DNA from: the human T2T-CHM13v2.0 reference genome, Homo sapiens
DNA length: 64,000 bases
Assembly (NCBI RefSeq): GCF_009914755.1
Contig: NC_060928.1
Reading direction: 5' to 3' (one strand)
The notes under the pieces are model-generated. The model worked only from the letters and a program-made list of their open reading frames with translations, was not told where the DNA came from and did not search any database. Of the stretch, positions 1 to 14,729 are shown piece by piece. A program made the translations under genes and the position numbers. Positions within the stretch are counted from its first letter, which is position 1, and the number at the start of each line of letters is the position of its first letter.

Positions 1-321
1 TGGTTGAACTAGTTTACAGTCCCACCAACAGTGTAAAAGTGTTCCTAATTCTCCACATCCTCTCCAGCACTTGTTGTTTCCTGACTTTTTAATGATTGCC
101 ATTCTAACTGGTGTGAGATGGTATCTCATTGTGGTATTGATTTGCATTTCTCTGATGGCCCGTGATGGTGAGCATTTTTTCATGTGTTTTTTGACTGCAT
201 AAATGTCTTGAGAAGTGTCTGTTCATGTCCTTCGCCCAGTTTTTGATGGGGTTGTTTGTTTTTTTCTTGTAAATTTGTTTGAATTCACTGTAGATTCTGG
301 ATATTAGCCCTTTGTCAGATG
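1..321 (-). mobile_element. Young L1PA (about PA2-PA5), ORF2 3' region; non-inverted part of a 5'-inverted insertion continuing left of the window
   Basis: Near-identical to 37288-37612 of the L1PA copy in this window and to the L1 ORF2 antisense sequence. Confidence 0.95.
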
Positions 322-528
322 CCTAAAACCATAAAAACCCTAGAAGAAAACCTAGGCATTACCATTCAGGACATAGGCATGGGCAAGGACTTCATGTCTA
401 AAACACCAAAAGCAATGGCAACAAAAGCCAAAATTGACAAATGGGATCTAATTAAACTAAAGAGCTTCTGCACAGCAAAAGAAACTACCATCAGAGTGAA
501 CAGGCAACCTACAAAATGGGAGAAAATT
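322..528 (+). mobile_element. Inverted 5' segment of the same L1PA
   Basis: Encodes [12 protein letters not shown]...[30 protein letters not shown] (L1 ORF2p); the strand flips at 321/322. Confidence 0.95.
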
Positions 529-745
529 GTATGTCTTCTTTTGAAAAATGTTTATTCAAATTCTCTGCCCAGGTTTTAACTAGATTTTTTAAATAATGAG
601 TTGTTTGCGTTCCTTACATATTTTTCAGATTAACTCTTTATCAGATGTATAGTATGCAAATATATTTTCCCATTCCTTATGTTTTCACTTCACTCTGTTG
701 TTATTTTTCTTGGCTGTGCAGAAGCTTCGTAGTTTGATGTATTCC
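529..745 (-). mobile_element. Old L1M fragment (ORF2 3' region)
   Basis: Degenerate L1 antisense motifs (tatcagatgtatag..gcaaatatattttcccattc, gctgtgcagaagct). Confidence 0.75.
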
Positions 746-891
746 TGTGCCAACATGAACGACATAGATGAACCTGGAGGGCATTATGTTAAGTGACAGA
801 AACCAGGCACAGAAAAACAAATACCACATAATCTCACTTAAATGTCAAATCTAAAAAAGTTAAACTCATACAAGTAGAGAGTGGAATGGTT
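746..891 (+). mobile_element. L1MA/MB 3' end fragment
   Basis: gatgaacctggagggcattatgttaagtga..ccaggcacagaaa..caaatacc..atctcactta. Confidence 0.75.
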
Positions 892-925
892 CCAAAAAGA
901 CTTTTGATGATCTTTCTATTACATG

Positions 926-1006
926 TAATATATATACTTGTATATATAAATATACATAAAATATATATACATATATAAATATACATTTAAATATATATAT
1001 ATATAT
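926..1006. repeat. (TA)n-rich low-complexity tract
   Basis: Visible TA/TATACA iterations. Confidence 0.85.
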
Positions 1007-1334
1007 TTTCTTTGCTTTTCCATTGAAATCCCTAAATTCGGTGTGCAGACCAAAAACATGGAGCTTGTGAAAATGTCTTCTGAGTACCTGACTGTGAACT
1101 GAGAACTCAGCGAATGGAGAAAACATTTTAGTGCCAAGATAACTACTGTTGCCTGGAATATCCTCCCTCCTTTTGGGATTTTTGACCAGAATATAGGAAA
1201 CTTAAACACTACCTTTAATCAGAGAATAAATAAATTAATAAACAACCATATGGCTTACATGCCATCAGTAATTCTCCCCCTATCCTTTTTCTTCTCATAC
1301 CAAAAACAGTAGACAGCCATGCATTGCATGCACT

Positions 1335-1663
1335 GGCAATCATACATTATATAAACATGTTTCAGTCAATGATGGACTGCATATATGATTACGGTTCCAT
1401 AATATTATGATATCGTATTTTTACTGTACCACTTAAATGTTTAGATACACAAATACCATGTGTTATAATCTCCTACAGTATTCACTACAGTAACATGCTG
1501 TACAGGTTTATAGCCTAGGAGCAAATGAGCTATGCCATATACCCCAGGAGTATGCTAGACTATAGTATCTATGTTTAACACTCTCTGATGTTTGCACAAC
1601 AATGAATTTGCCAATGATACACTTATCAGATTTTTTTCCAGTCGCTAAGCTATGCATTACTTT
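1335..1663 (-). mobile_element. Tigger3a/MER7A-like DNA transposon (TcMar-Tigger MITE)
   Basis: acagtaacatgctgtacaggtttatagcctaggagcaa core with degenerate terminal inverted repeats. Confidence 0.85.
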
Positions 1664-1762
1664 ATACTACCAAGTGATAATAACAAAAATAGCATGGAAC
1701 TGGCATAAAAACAAACACACAGACCTATGGAACAGAACAGAAAACCCATACATAAATCTATT
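1664..1762 (+). mobile_element. L1M ORF2 fragment
   Basis: Translates as YYQVIITKIAWNWHKNKHTDLWNRTENP, like the ORF2p KTAWYW..R..DQWNR motif. Confidence 0.75.
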
Positions 1763-2036
1763 GTTTTATTTTTGCTGTACCTCTTTGCATTTTATTTAGT
1801 GATTATTATAGATATTACAGTAACAGTATTCCATAGTCTGTATAAAGATGTTGTACCACTTTAGATAGCATCATGAAAGCTTACAATTTAGTATGCCCAT
1901 TAATCCATTCTCAATCTTTTATGCTAAAATCGTCTATGTATAAAATTACACGAGACAGCACTATAGCTTTCCTTTAAACAATCATAGGAATTTTTAGAGA
2001 TTTAGAGCTAGAAAACATTTTAGATGTATCCAGATT

Positions 2037-2428
2037 GTGTGGGTTCATTTGGTCTGCTGTGTCAGAGTACCACAGACTATGTAATTTGTGAACAATAGAC
2101 ATGTATTTCTCATGGTTATGGAAGCTGAAAATCCAAGGTCAAGGTGTGAGCAGGTTTCACGTCTAGTGAAGGCCTTTTTCTACATTATCATAAGGTGAAA
2201 GAAATAGAAGGGAAAGGAAAATGGGAAGAAAGCTGTGTTCTCACATGGTATAAGAGTAGAAGTTAGAGAATCCCCTCTCTCAAGTCATTTTATAAGGCCC
2301 CTAATCCCATCCAGAAGAGGTCAACCTTCTTGACTTAATCATTTCTTAAAAGCCACATCTTTTAATGTTATCATATTTTTACTAAGTTCAAATACAAGCA
2401 TTTTGGAAAATACAGTCAAACCATAGCA
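2037..2428 (-). mobile_element. MaLR solo LTR (MLT1A/MSTD-like)
   Basis: taccacagact..tatttctcatggtt.tggaagctg..aatccaaggtcaagg; ends caaaccatagca. Confidence 0.8.
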
Positions 2429-2429
2429 G

Positions 2430-3732
<1,303 letters not shown>

Positions 3733-3759
3733 TGGAGCAGGTCAACTTATAATACAGAT

Positions 3760-4110
3760 GTTGAGGTTAGCAGAAAACTTCAAAATAACTGTAAAAATAA
3801 TAAAGAAAATATAGAGATAATAATGAAATAAGTGGTGAAACAAATTCAATGGAGATTATAATTTAACATGAAATAATAAAATGGACATTGAAGAAGATAA
3901 AAACTGTAATTTTTAAAATTAAGAATTCCTTCAATAGGTTTAACAACAGACAGACATAGTAAAGTACAGGGTTGTGACCTCACAGGCAGGTAAATTAAAA
4001 ACACCCAACCAGAAGCATAGATAAGAATATAATAAAAGAACAGAAAAAAAAATAAAAGTTATGCAAAATAATATTGCCCAGCCTATCTGAAAATGGATTC
4101 ACAGAAGACG
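3760..4110 (+). mobile_element. Ancient L1M ORF1 fragment
   Basis: A-rich ORF1-like sequence (aattaagaattccttcaataggtttaacaacagac). Confidence 0.5.
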
Positions 4111-4417
4111 AGGAAGGGAATCTGAGATGAAGAGTGGCATATGGAAAGTTTCTTAGGGAGAACTTTGCAGATTATTACATGTGAGAAAGAGGGGAATGTA
4201 TTTGGCAAATGGGAGGTGAAACTGAGATTCATTTGTAGCAAAGGCCTCAGCTAATCTCAAAAGGAAGGGAATCTGAGATGAAGAGTGGCATATGGAAAGT
4301 TTCTTAGGGAGAACTTTGCAGATTATTACATGTGAGAAAGAGGGGAATGTATTTGGCAAATAGGAGGTTAAACTGAGATTCATTTGTAGCAAAGGCCTCA
4401 GCTAATCTCAAAAGGAA
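4111..4417. repeat. Tandem duplication, 2 x 151 bp
   Basis: 4111-4261 and 4262-4412 differ at 2 positions; aggaa recurs at 4413-4417. Confidence 0.97.
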
Positions 4418-4605
4418 CATAGACCTTTATAATCACCCTGACTGACCTAAAGATCCAGATTCATTGAACAGCCATTGTCTGTATGCTACACCTAACAAAG
4501 GAAAATCCCTTTTGCTAGGAACAATTCCTAGAGGAAGATTAAACTGTAAGCCATCCTTTGATATCCAAAGGATGCTCCCAGCATCTCCAGCAATGAGGGT
4601 GAAGG
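4111..4605 (-). mobile_element. LTR16-type ERVL LTR containing a 151-bp tandem duplication
   Basis: Matches recalled LTR16A antisense (ctgagatg..gaaagttt.ttagggag..gcaaaggcctcagc); lies downstream of ERVL internal sequence on the same strand. Confidence 0.65.
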
Positions 4606-4609
4606 ACAG

Positions 4610-6660
4610 ATTTGAACATCTCAGCAAAACATAGACTAGTGTATAATCTTTGTGAGATACAACACAAATCAATTTTATTTGCTATTGCAGCTGGAGTGGG
4701 AGAGGACAATTCTAGAGCCTGTCTTACTACAATACTTTTTACATCACAGGCCAAGAAACTAATGGAAATTTTCTACCAAGTACCAAATATACCCATTCAA
4801 ATATTCAGAATAAAGAAAATCTTGCCATATTGGCCATTGACCCAGAGGATCTGTTGCAAGCCAAATGTTGGTGGGTATTTGTTTATTACCTTACCAGCAC
4901 CTCCTCCTCTCCCACTACCCACCCCAATCTAACATGAGAGTCATAATGACACTTTAAATACCCTGATATCAATAACTCAGACCCCATTTCCTCAAACTAT
5001 CTGGGCATTGCTCTTTACCCTGCATTTGGTTACCTTAATAAATGGCTATAGACTTTTTTTAAGTAGACTGGGGAAATCATCCAGGTATACATATATTTGG
5101 GCAATTCAGGGATTTTCTTGGAGAGCTGATTTCTTCTTCAGTCGATGGATTCTGAGACTGATAACCAGATCAATTCTGGGAACTGGACAATATATTTTAA
5201 CGTGTAATAGGACGCCTTTTCTTCATCATCCTTATAATTCATCCTTGATATGTTGTGATTCTTTTTAATCAGCCTTTGTTGGCTGCCTATTCATTTGGCA
5301 TCTAGTTATATTGTGTTCTGTTTACCATCTCCAAGTCTCTTTGCAGGTTAGGACTCTTTGGCCGCAAATTCAATCTTTCTGTTTATTAAAAAAGTTGTGT
5401 AATTGTGGTTAATTGCCACCACCTGGACTTCATTAGTTTAGGATCCTATTAGCTCCAATGCTATTAGGAGCCCAGATTTGTAATGGTGTTTCCTACCATC
5501 AGCCCTGGCCAACAGGGGAGAACCACCACTGTCTCATTAATGCTGACCTCTCTCTCAAGCAGTGCATTTCATTTCACTTCTGTCTGGTCCCTTCCACTGA
5601 ATACAGACAGCTGAAGGATATTTATACCTTTCATATCATATAGCCAGTTATCCAAAGCTTTTGTTCCCTGTTACCTTCTTTGATAGCAGTCCTTGTATTT
5701 AACCTCACTCACACATTCTTTGCTTTCTCCAAAATTCCAAGTATATATTAGCAATACTTTAACAAGGTGTCTCAGAGTTTTCACCAAGCTGTTAAATTTG
5801 ACAGAGGAGACAGAGTTCCATTATTTCTAATTCATCTTTATCAAACTTTATGTTTCCCAGTCCACTTTTGATTCAGCACACTCAGAAAAAAGAATCACGC
5901 TTATTTGTCCAGCTTCTCTCTGCTAGGTCCTGTAGCTCCTTTCATATATAACCCAGCATATAAATAACTGGGTTGATTTATGACTTGACCCTAGTATTGG
6001 TTTCATTTCCAGGAGGATACATGAACATAATTTTCAGTGTAGGCTTCCCTTAAAAATCAGAGACATTATTATCCTTAGAAAACTAACACAGGAACAGAAA
6101 ACCAAAAACTGCATGTTCTCACTTACAAGTGAGAGCTGAATGATGAGAACACTTGGAAACATAAAGGGGAACAACAGATAACTGGGGCCTACCTGAGGGT
6201 GGTGGGTAGGAGGAGAGAGAGAAAATCAGGACGAATAAATAATGGATACTAGTCCTAATACCTGGATAATAAAGTAATCTGTACAACAAATTCCCATGAC
6301 GTGAGTTTACCTATATAACAAACCTGCACATGTACCCCTAAACTTAAAACAAAATTTGAGTAAAAATGTCAGAGCCTTCTACATCACCCTCAGTGAAGGG
6401 GAGATGGTTATCCTTTAAGAAGAAAAATGCGAAGCCACAGGCTTCAGAGGAATCTGAAATTTTAAAGTATTTATGTGCATCTATCCAGATGTCCAAATTT
6501 CCAGTCTCGGCAACCCTTCTCAAAAAGGTCTCCAACCTTGGTATATCAGAGTTTCTTGGGTTTTGAATGTAAACATTTATAGAGCTAGGACATGCTTATG
6601 AGTAAGTTTTACATGTTTTCTGCTCACAGACTGCAGGAGATGAGTTTCTCCTTATGTACT
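4610..6660 (-). mobile_element. ERVL-class internal relic (HERV16/ERV3-16A3-like gag-pro-start of pol), interrupted by an L1 3' end
   Basis: Minus-strand remnants resemble ERVL Gag (ETGNLDIWIDA about 6470-6510; KELQDLA about 5920-5942), the protease region (about 4850-5030) and the pro/RT junction (LACDVKSIVV about 4725-4755); many stops and frameshifts. Confidence 0.7.
6062..6360 (+). mobile_element. L1PA13-16-like 3' end
   Basis: aaactaacacaggaacagaaaacc..catgttctcactta..tttacctatataacaaacctgcacatgtacccc. Confidence 0.9.
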
Positions 6661-6944
6661 GCCAAAAAGACCTAATTAAACGTAACACCTTAAGTTGGTG
6701 AGTAATTATACTCATCATCTCCTTTGTTTTTTCCTTTTTTTCCTTTAAATTCTAGGCCATACAACAAAATAAGAAAAGAATTAAAGATATTCTTTTGTGG
6801 TCGTTTTATGTCAAGGCTCTGAGAGTTTCAAGAAAACTGTAATGTAAGTACTAAGGTATTATAAGGAATTCGCATAAACTTAGATACATAAAGACTAAGC
6901 AAGATCTTAGAAATTAGGGGCGAAATAGCAATATAATAAAAAGA

Positions 6945-8285
6945 TTAGTATTTCACAACCATGGCAAATTTATTCCAGTGATCTAAGACTAGTTTAACAT
7001 TCAAAAATAAATCACTTTAATTCACTACATTAACAGAATAATGGAGACAAAAGATTTTGTTAAAATTTGATATGTCTTCTTGGCAAAAAACACTCAACAA
7101 ATACACAGAGAATGGTAATTTCTTAATCAAAGTAAAGATATCTACAAAAATTAACATATAATTATTGTATTTACAGTTAAGTATTTAGTTATTTCAACTA
7201 AATTTGGAAATAAGAGAAGCATTTGCACTCCCACCACAGGTATTCAACATAGTACTAAAAATTTGATACAATACAATAAGACAACTTCCCCACTCTCCTC
7301 CTCCTTCAAATAAAGACATTCGATGAAAGTGGTAGAACTCTCTTTACTCATTAATTGTGTAACTGTCTATATGGAAAATTTAGTGCATTATACAAACACA
7401 CTATAACAATTAATATGTATATTTAACAATGTCATTTGTTAAAAGATCAACAGATAAGTACCAATTTAACCTACAAATACTTGCAATAAACAAATATTGA
7501 AAATGGAATTTTAAAAATACCACTTTCAATAGTACCCAAAACAATGAATAAGTAGAAACAAAGTCTAAGAAAAATATGGAATAACTACAATGAAAGTAGA
7601 ACATATTACTTAGAGAAATTAAAGATGACCTAGATTAATAGAGAGATATACCATGTTCATTAATATGAAGACTCAATATTGTCAAGATGCCAATTCTTGG
7701 CAAAATCCTTCATACAATTGATAGAATCCTAATCAAGAACTCAAAATATTTTAGTAGAAATTTAAAATGGGTATCTAAAATTCATATGAAAACAAATAGG
7801 ATATATATTAATCAAGATAATCTGGAAGAAAAAGAACAAATTTGGAGGTCATGCATTGCGTTTTAAAATGTATTACAATGTAATTTCATGACACTGTTAT
7901 GGGAATAATGAAAGCAAACACACCAGTAATACACAATAAAGAGTCAATGAGTATAAATACACATATGTATAAACTTGCTATGTGAAAAACACATCAGTGC
8001 AATTTCATGAGAGGAGAATGTTTTTGTTTTCGTTTTTAATAAATTGTGCTAGACAGATGTGCTAGATCAATCTGGTTTTGTTACAGCAAAAACAAAAACA
8101 CATAAGTTTTAAGCCAAAAACACAAAGGTTTTAAATCATAAAGCTAATTGAAAAGTAAAAGCTTCTTCAATTTCAAAGCTTTGAGAAGAAATGAAAAATC
8201 TTCTGGGAGAAAACTAAAATATTTGAGTAGGCAAAGATTTTTTAAATGGGACTTAAAACCACTCATCACAAAATGAAATAAAGAT
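6945..8285 (+). mobile_element. Ancient L1M ORF2 remnant
   Basis: Degenerate [15 protein letters not shown] and PCSWIGR.NIVKM motifs (ataccatgttcattaatatgaagactcaatattgtcaagatg). Confidence 0.8.
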
Positions 8286-8724
8286 CTTCAGTTTGACTGC
8301 CTTTTGTGGTAATAAAAGAGAAAGCAAAGAATAGTACCTACACAAGTAGATGTTGAGTTGAAGATGTTGCCACAGAGCAGGGCCCTAGGGTTTGATACTT
8401 CCAAAAACAGTGGGGAGAAAAAGGAATAAACCAGCCAAACCATCTTTCCACTATGGAAGAAAGTCACTTTAAGTGTTGGGAGAGGAAAAAATCTTTTCCC
8501 TGAGAATGTGTGGTGACAAATCCAACCACACTCAGATTTGAGACCTTTTGGTTTTATCCAACAATGTAATGATATTGGAGTTTAAACCTTTTCCTCTTGA
8601 TGATCCTTTCAGAGTCAATATAAAAGTTCAAAAATTATTAGGTGTACCTCTGCTTATCACCTGCTTTTATAAAACAACTATTACGGCCCATAAGCATTAA
8701 GATTCGGTGATTTTATTTTTCAGA

Positions 8725-8845
8725 ATTCTCTCCTCTAAACTGTAAGCTGCTTAAGAGCTGGGACCATCTCTTAGTAAGCTTTTAATTTCCTTATCACCAG
8801 GCAGAATGACTGGCAAATCAGTGATGAGTCATTATTGAATAAAAG
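8725..8845 (+). mobile_element. L2 3' end fragment
   Basis: ctaaactgtaagctgcttaagagctgggacc..gactggca. Confidence 0.55.
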
Positions 8846-8982
8846 TTACAGGAAAAAAGTAGGAGTTAAAACTTGGAATGTCACTGAAAATGCTATTAGA
8901 GTGAGGAAATCTTGATGGCGTTTTATTTCTTGTCTAAATTAGCGGTGTTTTTGCAGTCAGGGAATTTAAGAAAAGAAGAAGT

Positions 8983-9390
8983 GGCCCGGCGTGGCCTGTA
9001 ATCCCAGCACTTTAGGAGGCCCAGGCGGGCTGATCATGAGGTCAGGAGATGGAGACCATCCTGGCTAACACCTTGAAACCCCGTCTCCACTAAAAAATAC
9101 GGCCGGGCACGGTGGCTCAAGCCTGTAATCCCAGCACTTTGGGAGGCCGAGGTGGGCGGATCACAGGGTCAGGAGATCGAGACCGTCCTGGCTAACACAG
9201 TGAAACCCCGTCTCTCCTAAAAATACAAATAAATTAGCCGGGCGTGGTGGCGGGCGCCTGTAGTCCCAGCTACTCAGGAGGCTGAGGCAGGAGAATGGCA
9301 TGAACCCGGGAGGCGGAGCTCGCAGTGAGCAGAGATCGCGCCACTGCTCTCCAGCCTGGGCGACAAAGCCAGACTCCGTCTCAAAAAAAA
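8983..9390 (+). mobile_element. Three-monomer Alu: an extra AluY-like left arm (8983-9100) fused to a full AluY (9101-9390)
   Basis: Two successive left arms, then a right arm and A tail; aagaaaagaagaag at 8968-8981 and 9391-9404. Confidence 0.93.
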
Positions 9391-9852
9391 AAGAAAAGAA
9401 GAAGAAGCAAAACACTATATCAAATGCTGGAAAATTCTATTTTATAGAACAGCCTGTCCAAATTTACAAATAGAAGGCTATTGGAGCTTCTGGAGACATA
9501 AAAATTAGTCAACTTTGTTAATTCTCCTACTGAATTATTCTATTGAATTCTTTAGAAATGTTACCAATTTCTCAGAAAACAAATAAGAAAAGTATTCTTA
9601 AATTATAATTTTTAAAAATTTCCCACAAACTAAACACAATCTGAAATATAAAAATAAAACTCTTCAAAACATATAAACAGTAGACTGTAGAAAATGAATT
9701 TTTTTCAGGTAAAAAATCTTTCATATACATGAATGGCCTATAGAATAAGCCCAGTTAAATCTATTTTATATTTTATTTTACATATAGCAACATTTGCATT
9801 TTGGAATTCACAGTTTGGGGAGTTCTGAGAAATACATAGAATTATGTAATCA

Positions 9853-10150
9853 GGCTGGCTGCAATGGCTTACGCCTGTGATCTCAGCGCTTTGGGAGGCC
9901 AAGGCAGGCGGATCACCTGAGGTCAGGAGTTCGAGACCAGCTAGGCCAACATGATAAAACGCTGTCGCTACTAAAAATACAAAAATGGCCAGGCATGGCG
10001 GCGGGCACCTGTAATTCCAGGTATTCAAGAGGCTGAGGCAGGAGAATTGCTTGAACCTGGGAGGCTGAGGTTGCAGTGAGCCGAGATCGCACCATTGACT
10101 CCAGCCTGGGTGACAGAGGAAGACACCATCTCAAAAAAAAAAAAAATAAA
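9853..10150 (+). mobile_element. AluSx-like, inserted in an old L1 3'UTR
   Basis: ggatcacctgaggtcaggagttcgagacc; A tail. Confidence 0.93.
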
Positions 10151-10151
10151 T

Positions 10152-10320
10152 CAGTAATAATCACCACAGTAGGATACAAAACAATTACTTCACCCAAAAA
10201 GTTATCTAATGATGCTCCTTTATAGTCAAAACCTCCTGTCACTTTTGACACCTGGAAATCACTGCTCTGTTTTCTATTAAAGATATATATCATTACATGT
10301 CCTACTATTATCATGTGAAT
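10152..10320 (-). mobile_element. L1MC/MD 3'UTR fragment (also left of the Alu, about 9770-9850)
   Basis: caccacagtaggatacaaaaca...cctggaaatcactgctctgttttcta. Confidence 0.6.
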
Positions 10321-10704
10321 GCATTTGATAGTGTTCTGTATTACTTTTCAAAAGAAAATATAGCTATGTGGCAACTATTAGTGTGGACAAAAATTTATAA
10401 GTGAAATATTATAACAAATTTGGGAACTTAACAGCTTGTGTGTTTCTCTATACATCATTATCACATTTGTAATAAAATTGTCACCATAAAATGACTTTAA
10501 CAAGGCTTAGATATGTGAAGAAATACATCTACATAAATAATGAATTTTTTAAAATGGTGATTACCACATTAGAGACTGTTACTGTCTCTATACTATAAAG
10601 CATTAAATTTCAGAGAAATATGGAAAACATGCTTTGGGTTTGTTTTTTCATTTTTATTTAGAACTATAATGACAACAGTTAAATAAAAAATTATTTATGA
10701 TGCT

Positions 10705-11168
10705 TGTTAATGAGGTTAAGAAAGATTTTATTCAGAGGGGACCACTGATATAGGTATAGGGAACACTGCAAAGTGCTCTTGTAATGAGATGAGAGACTGG
10801 ACTTGCCCCTGAATACAACATGGGGGTGTTGAAATTTATAGCCAAGGAGCAGGGAGGGGGTCAGTAGATGGAAAGTTGCTAAAAAGAAACATCAGAGATA
10901 ATGGGGAATTCTTGCTAAACAGACCTAATAGGATTCTTGTGGAAGCAGGCCCAGGGGATCAGACATCACCTTTGGGATGGTGAAGGATGAGGAATCCTAT
11001 CAGCTATTGAAGGTGATCAAATATCTCAGATGGCTGAACTGACTTAGCAAGATTCTTGCTAAAATCTGACAATGCAGACACAGATAACAGAAATCCAAAA
11101 GTCAGGCCTAGTTGAAAAAAAGGCTCAGGAAATCCTGAGTAAATTATAGTCAAAGAGAGAATCTGTCA
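10705..11168 (-). mobile_element. MER31-type ERV1 solo LTR
   Basis: atttatagccaaggagcaggg..ggattcttgctaaa; ends gtcaaagagagaatctgtca. Confidence 0.8.
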
Positions 11169-11717
11169 CAACAAACAACAGTAAGTAAACTTGCGCAAAA
11201 AATTTGCTATGACTCGAACTTCATAGGAAAACAGAGTAATTATTGAAATACTTTATTTTGTCTTTCATCATTATATGATTTAAAACCATACACATTGAGG
11301 ATTTCATTTATTAATAGATTTGAGGTATCTTGTTACCTATCCTTCCTTCTGTAAATTATCTAATAATTTCCCCAGTAAATACACTACCACATTTTGTGTA
11401 TGTATCACTTTGCTTCTCAAAGTACAGTCTCTATTTTCAGAATCATTGTACTAATTACTTGGAGAATTTTGCTTCAAAACAATTACAAATGGAAAATATC
11501 CTTAATATTGTTGTTTGTACTTATTAACAATATTAGGATTTGCATAAATGTAAGAAAGGCAAAAGTAGCCTCTTCTTTGCAGACCTTGGTATTAAATATA
11601 TTGAGGGTACTTTTATCTCCAGCATACTTATCAGCTTCCATCAAATGCTGGTATCCTTACAACAGTGATGCTAGTATTTACATAAAGAAGTTCTGGGCAT
11701 GATGAACTATTAAGTGA

Positions 11718-12064
<347 letters not shown>

Positions 12065-12384
12065 AGAAATGTCCATGTTATTTTCAGATGCATTCCAACT
12101 GCATATACTCTTGTTTTTCAGTGTCTGGCAAGTGAAAAAAAAAACAAAGTACTTGTAGCGAAACATCATTTTGAAGTATCTATTACAAAATTACGATTTT
12201 CATCTAAGGAAAATACCTGCTTTGCCTAACATAGCAGCCTACCTCTGTAAATCTGCATAAGAAAATGCATGGGAACTTCCAGACAATATTGAAATTGCTT
12301 TCCAATTTCTTCTAGAGGTCAATCCCAATATTAAAAGCCTTCTTCATATTTACCATGAGATTCTTAAGCATAATGGTATTAAAT

Positions 12385-12520
12385 TATACACCTCATGAGA
12401 ACAAGGGTTGAGTGTATCATGTTTACGACTATTTTTAAGTACCTGGCATGGTGCCTGGCACAGAAATGTTCAATAAATATTTGCTGAGTGAGTAAAGGGA
12501 AATATGAATGAATGAATGAA
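12385..12520 (+). mobile_element. L2 3' terminus
   Basis: gtgcctggcacagaaatgttcaataaatatttgctgagtgag..(tgaa)n. Confidence 0.8.
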
Positions 12521-13292
12521 GACAGTAAAAGATCTTACAAATCTGAGATTATTAAATGTGATCTTTACTTCAATTACATGTTATATAACCTGAAGAAAAT
12601 CTGTCTTTCAAAATTAATAAAAAGTATATTATATTAACAAAAAACGTAGAGTTGGTGGCTGTACCGGTTTTGCAACATTTTATAGCAGATAAAAATTAAA
12701 AAGGAAAAATACTGTTTATTGAAATAGAAATAGGAAATGATTTTGTTCATGGTGACATAGGGGGAGACTTTTTTTAAAATGGCCACCTGGGCATAAAGAT
12801 CATGGATAAAATGATTTTATTTTACTTTTTTGCTAGGAAAGAGCAATATCCCTGGACGGCTATTTTGTTTAAATATCATAACGCATCTCAAGGGAAACAT
12901 ATGGAAGGGAAATGTGAAATATCTGGAGCTCACATAACAACAGTGTTACACAAATCTTAACAGAGTACTTTAGCAACCAGTTTCATTGGAGAACAATCTC
13001 TGTTATTTACTATCATTTATAAAGCCCTGAAGAGTTACCTCAATGTTCACCTCTTCTCCTGAGAATCATCCTGGCTATTATAGTGAATCAGAGACCATTT
13101 TTTTACAGATCAAACTCCATTTATTTTTGCAATATGAAGAGATTGTTTCAGAGACTAGATCAGTCGGTTCTAGATATATATCTACCTTTACTTCTAAGTA
13201 AATTTTTAATACAGAAATGGTGCATAAATGGTACTTGACACGTGTCCCTAACTTGTTCACAAGCTATTCAAAAATAATACTGATAATTTTGA

Positions 13293-13658
<366 letters not shown>

Positions 13659-14224
13659 CTAAAATATATTGAGAAACATACATTCCTATAGACTAAAGGA
13701 ATACATTTCACATTGTACTCCGAATTAAGCTTTGTCCTGCTTTGTTTGGATGCTTCTTTTATGATATACTTCATATTCCTTACTTCACATTGAATTTCTA
13801 TTTGCCCCAATCCCTGGTACATTCTGACACTTGTGATGACGTGCTTTTTATGAGCTGTAGAAACATTCATGCAAGTACACCTGACAGGCCCTTGCCTCAT
13901 GTTCTTGATGCTGCACTCTTGCTTTCTGCCCTGGGGCTTTACTGTTGAAGTCTCTGGAGTACCACCTTGGTGCCCAAGCATACATAGTGCAGAAATATGA
14001 ATCATTCCTCTGTAAATGCCCATCAGATAAAGACCATATGGAATACATCTATGTCCAAAGTTAAATTTAATTAAGCTTGGTTTATTAAAGGAGGCAGAAA
14101 ATAATGGAAAACGTGGTACATTACCAATAAGAGATATTAAGGGAACTTATAGAATTTGGAGCACCTGTTGGGAGATTTGGGAGGACATTCATTAAAATGT
14201 GCTTTTCTAGATTGAGTACTCTAA

Positions 14225-14562
<338 letters not shown>

Positions 14563-14729
14563 GAGATCTCATGAACACTCACTCACTAATGAGAACAGCA
14601 TTGATGGGGGGGAACACTCCCATGATCTAATCACCTCCCATGAAGTACCTTCTCCAACATGTGGGGATTACAATTTGGATTATAATTTAAGATGAGATTT
14701 GGGTGGGGACACAGAGTCAAACCATATCA
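14563..14729 (-). mobile_element. MSTA-like LTR, 5' portion only
   Basis: gatgagatttgggtggggacacagagtcaaaccatatca terminus. Confidence 0.85.

Noticed and set aside
4111-4417. CRISPR-like array (also 17027-17102 and 15591-15645)
   Set aside because: Head-to-tail duplications without unique spacers, no cas genes, primate DNA.
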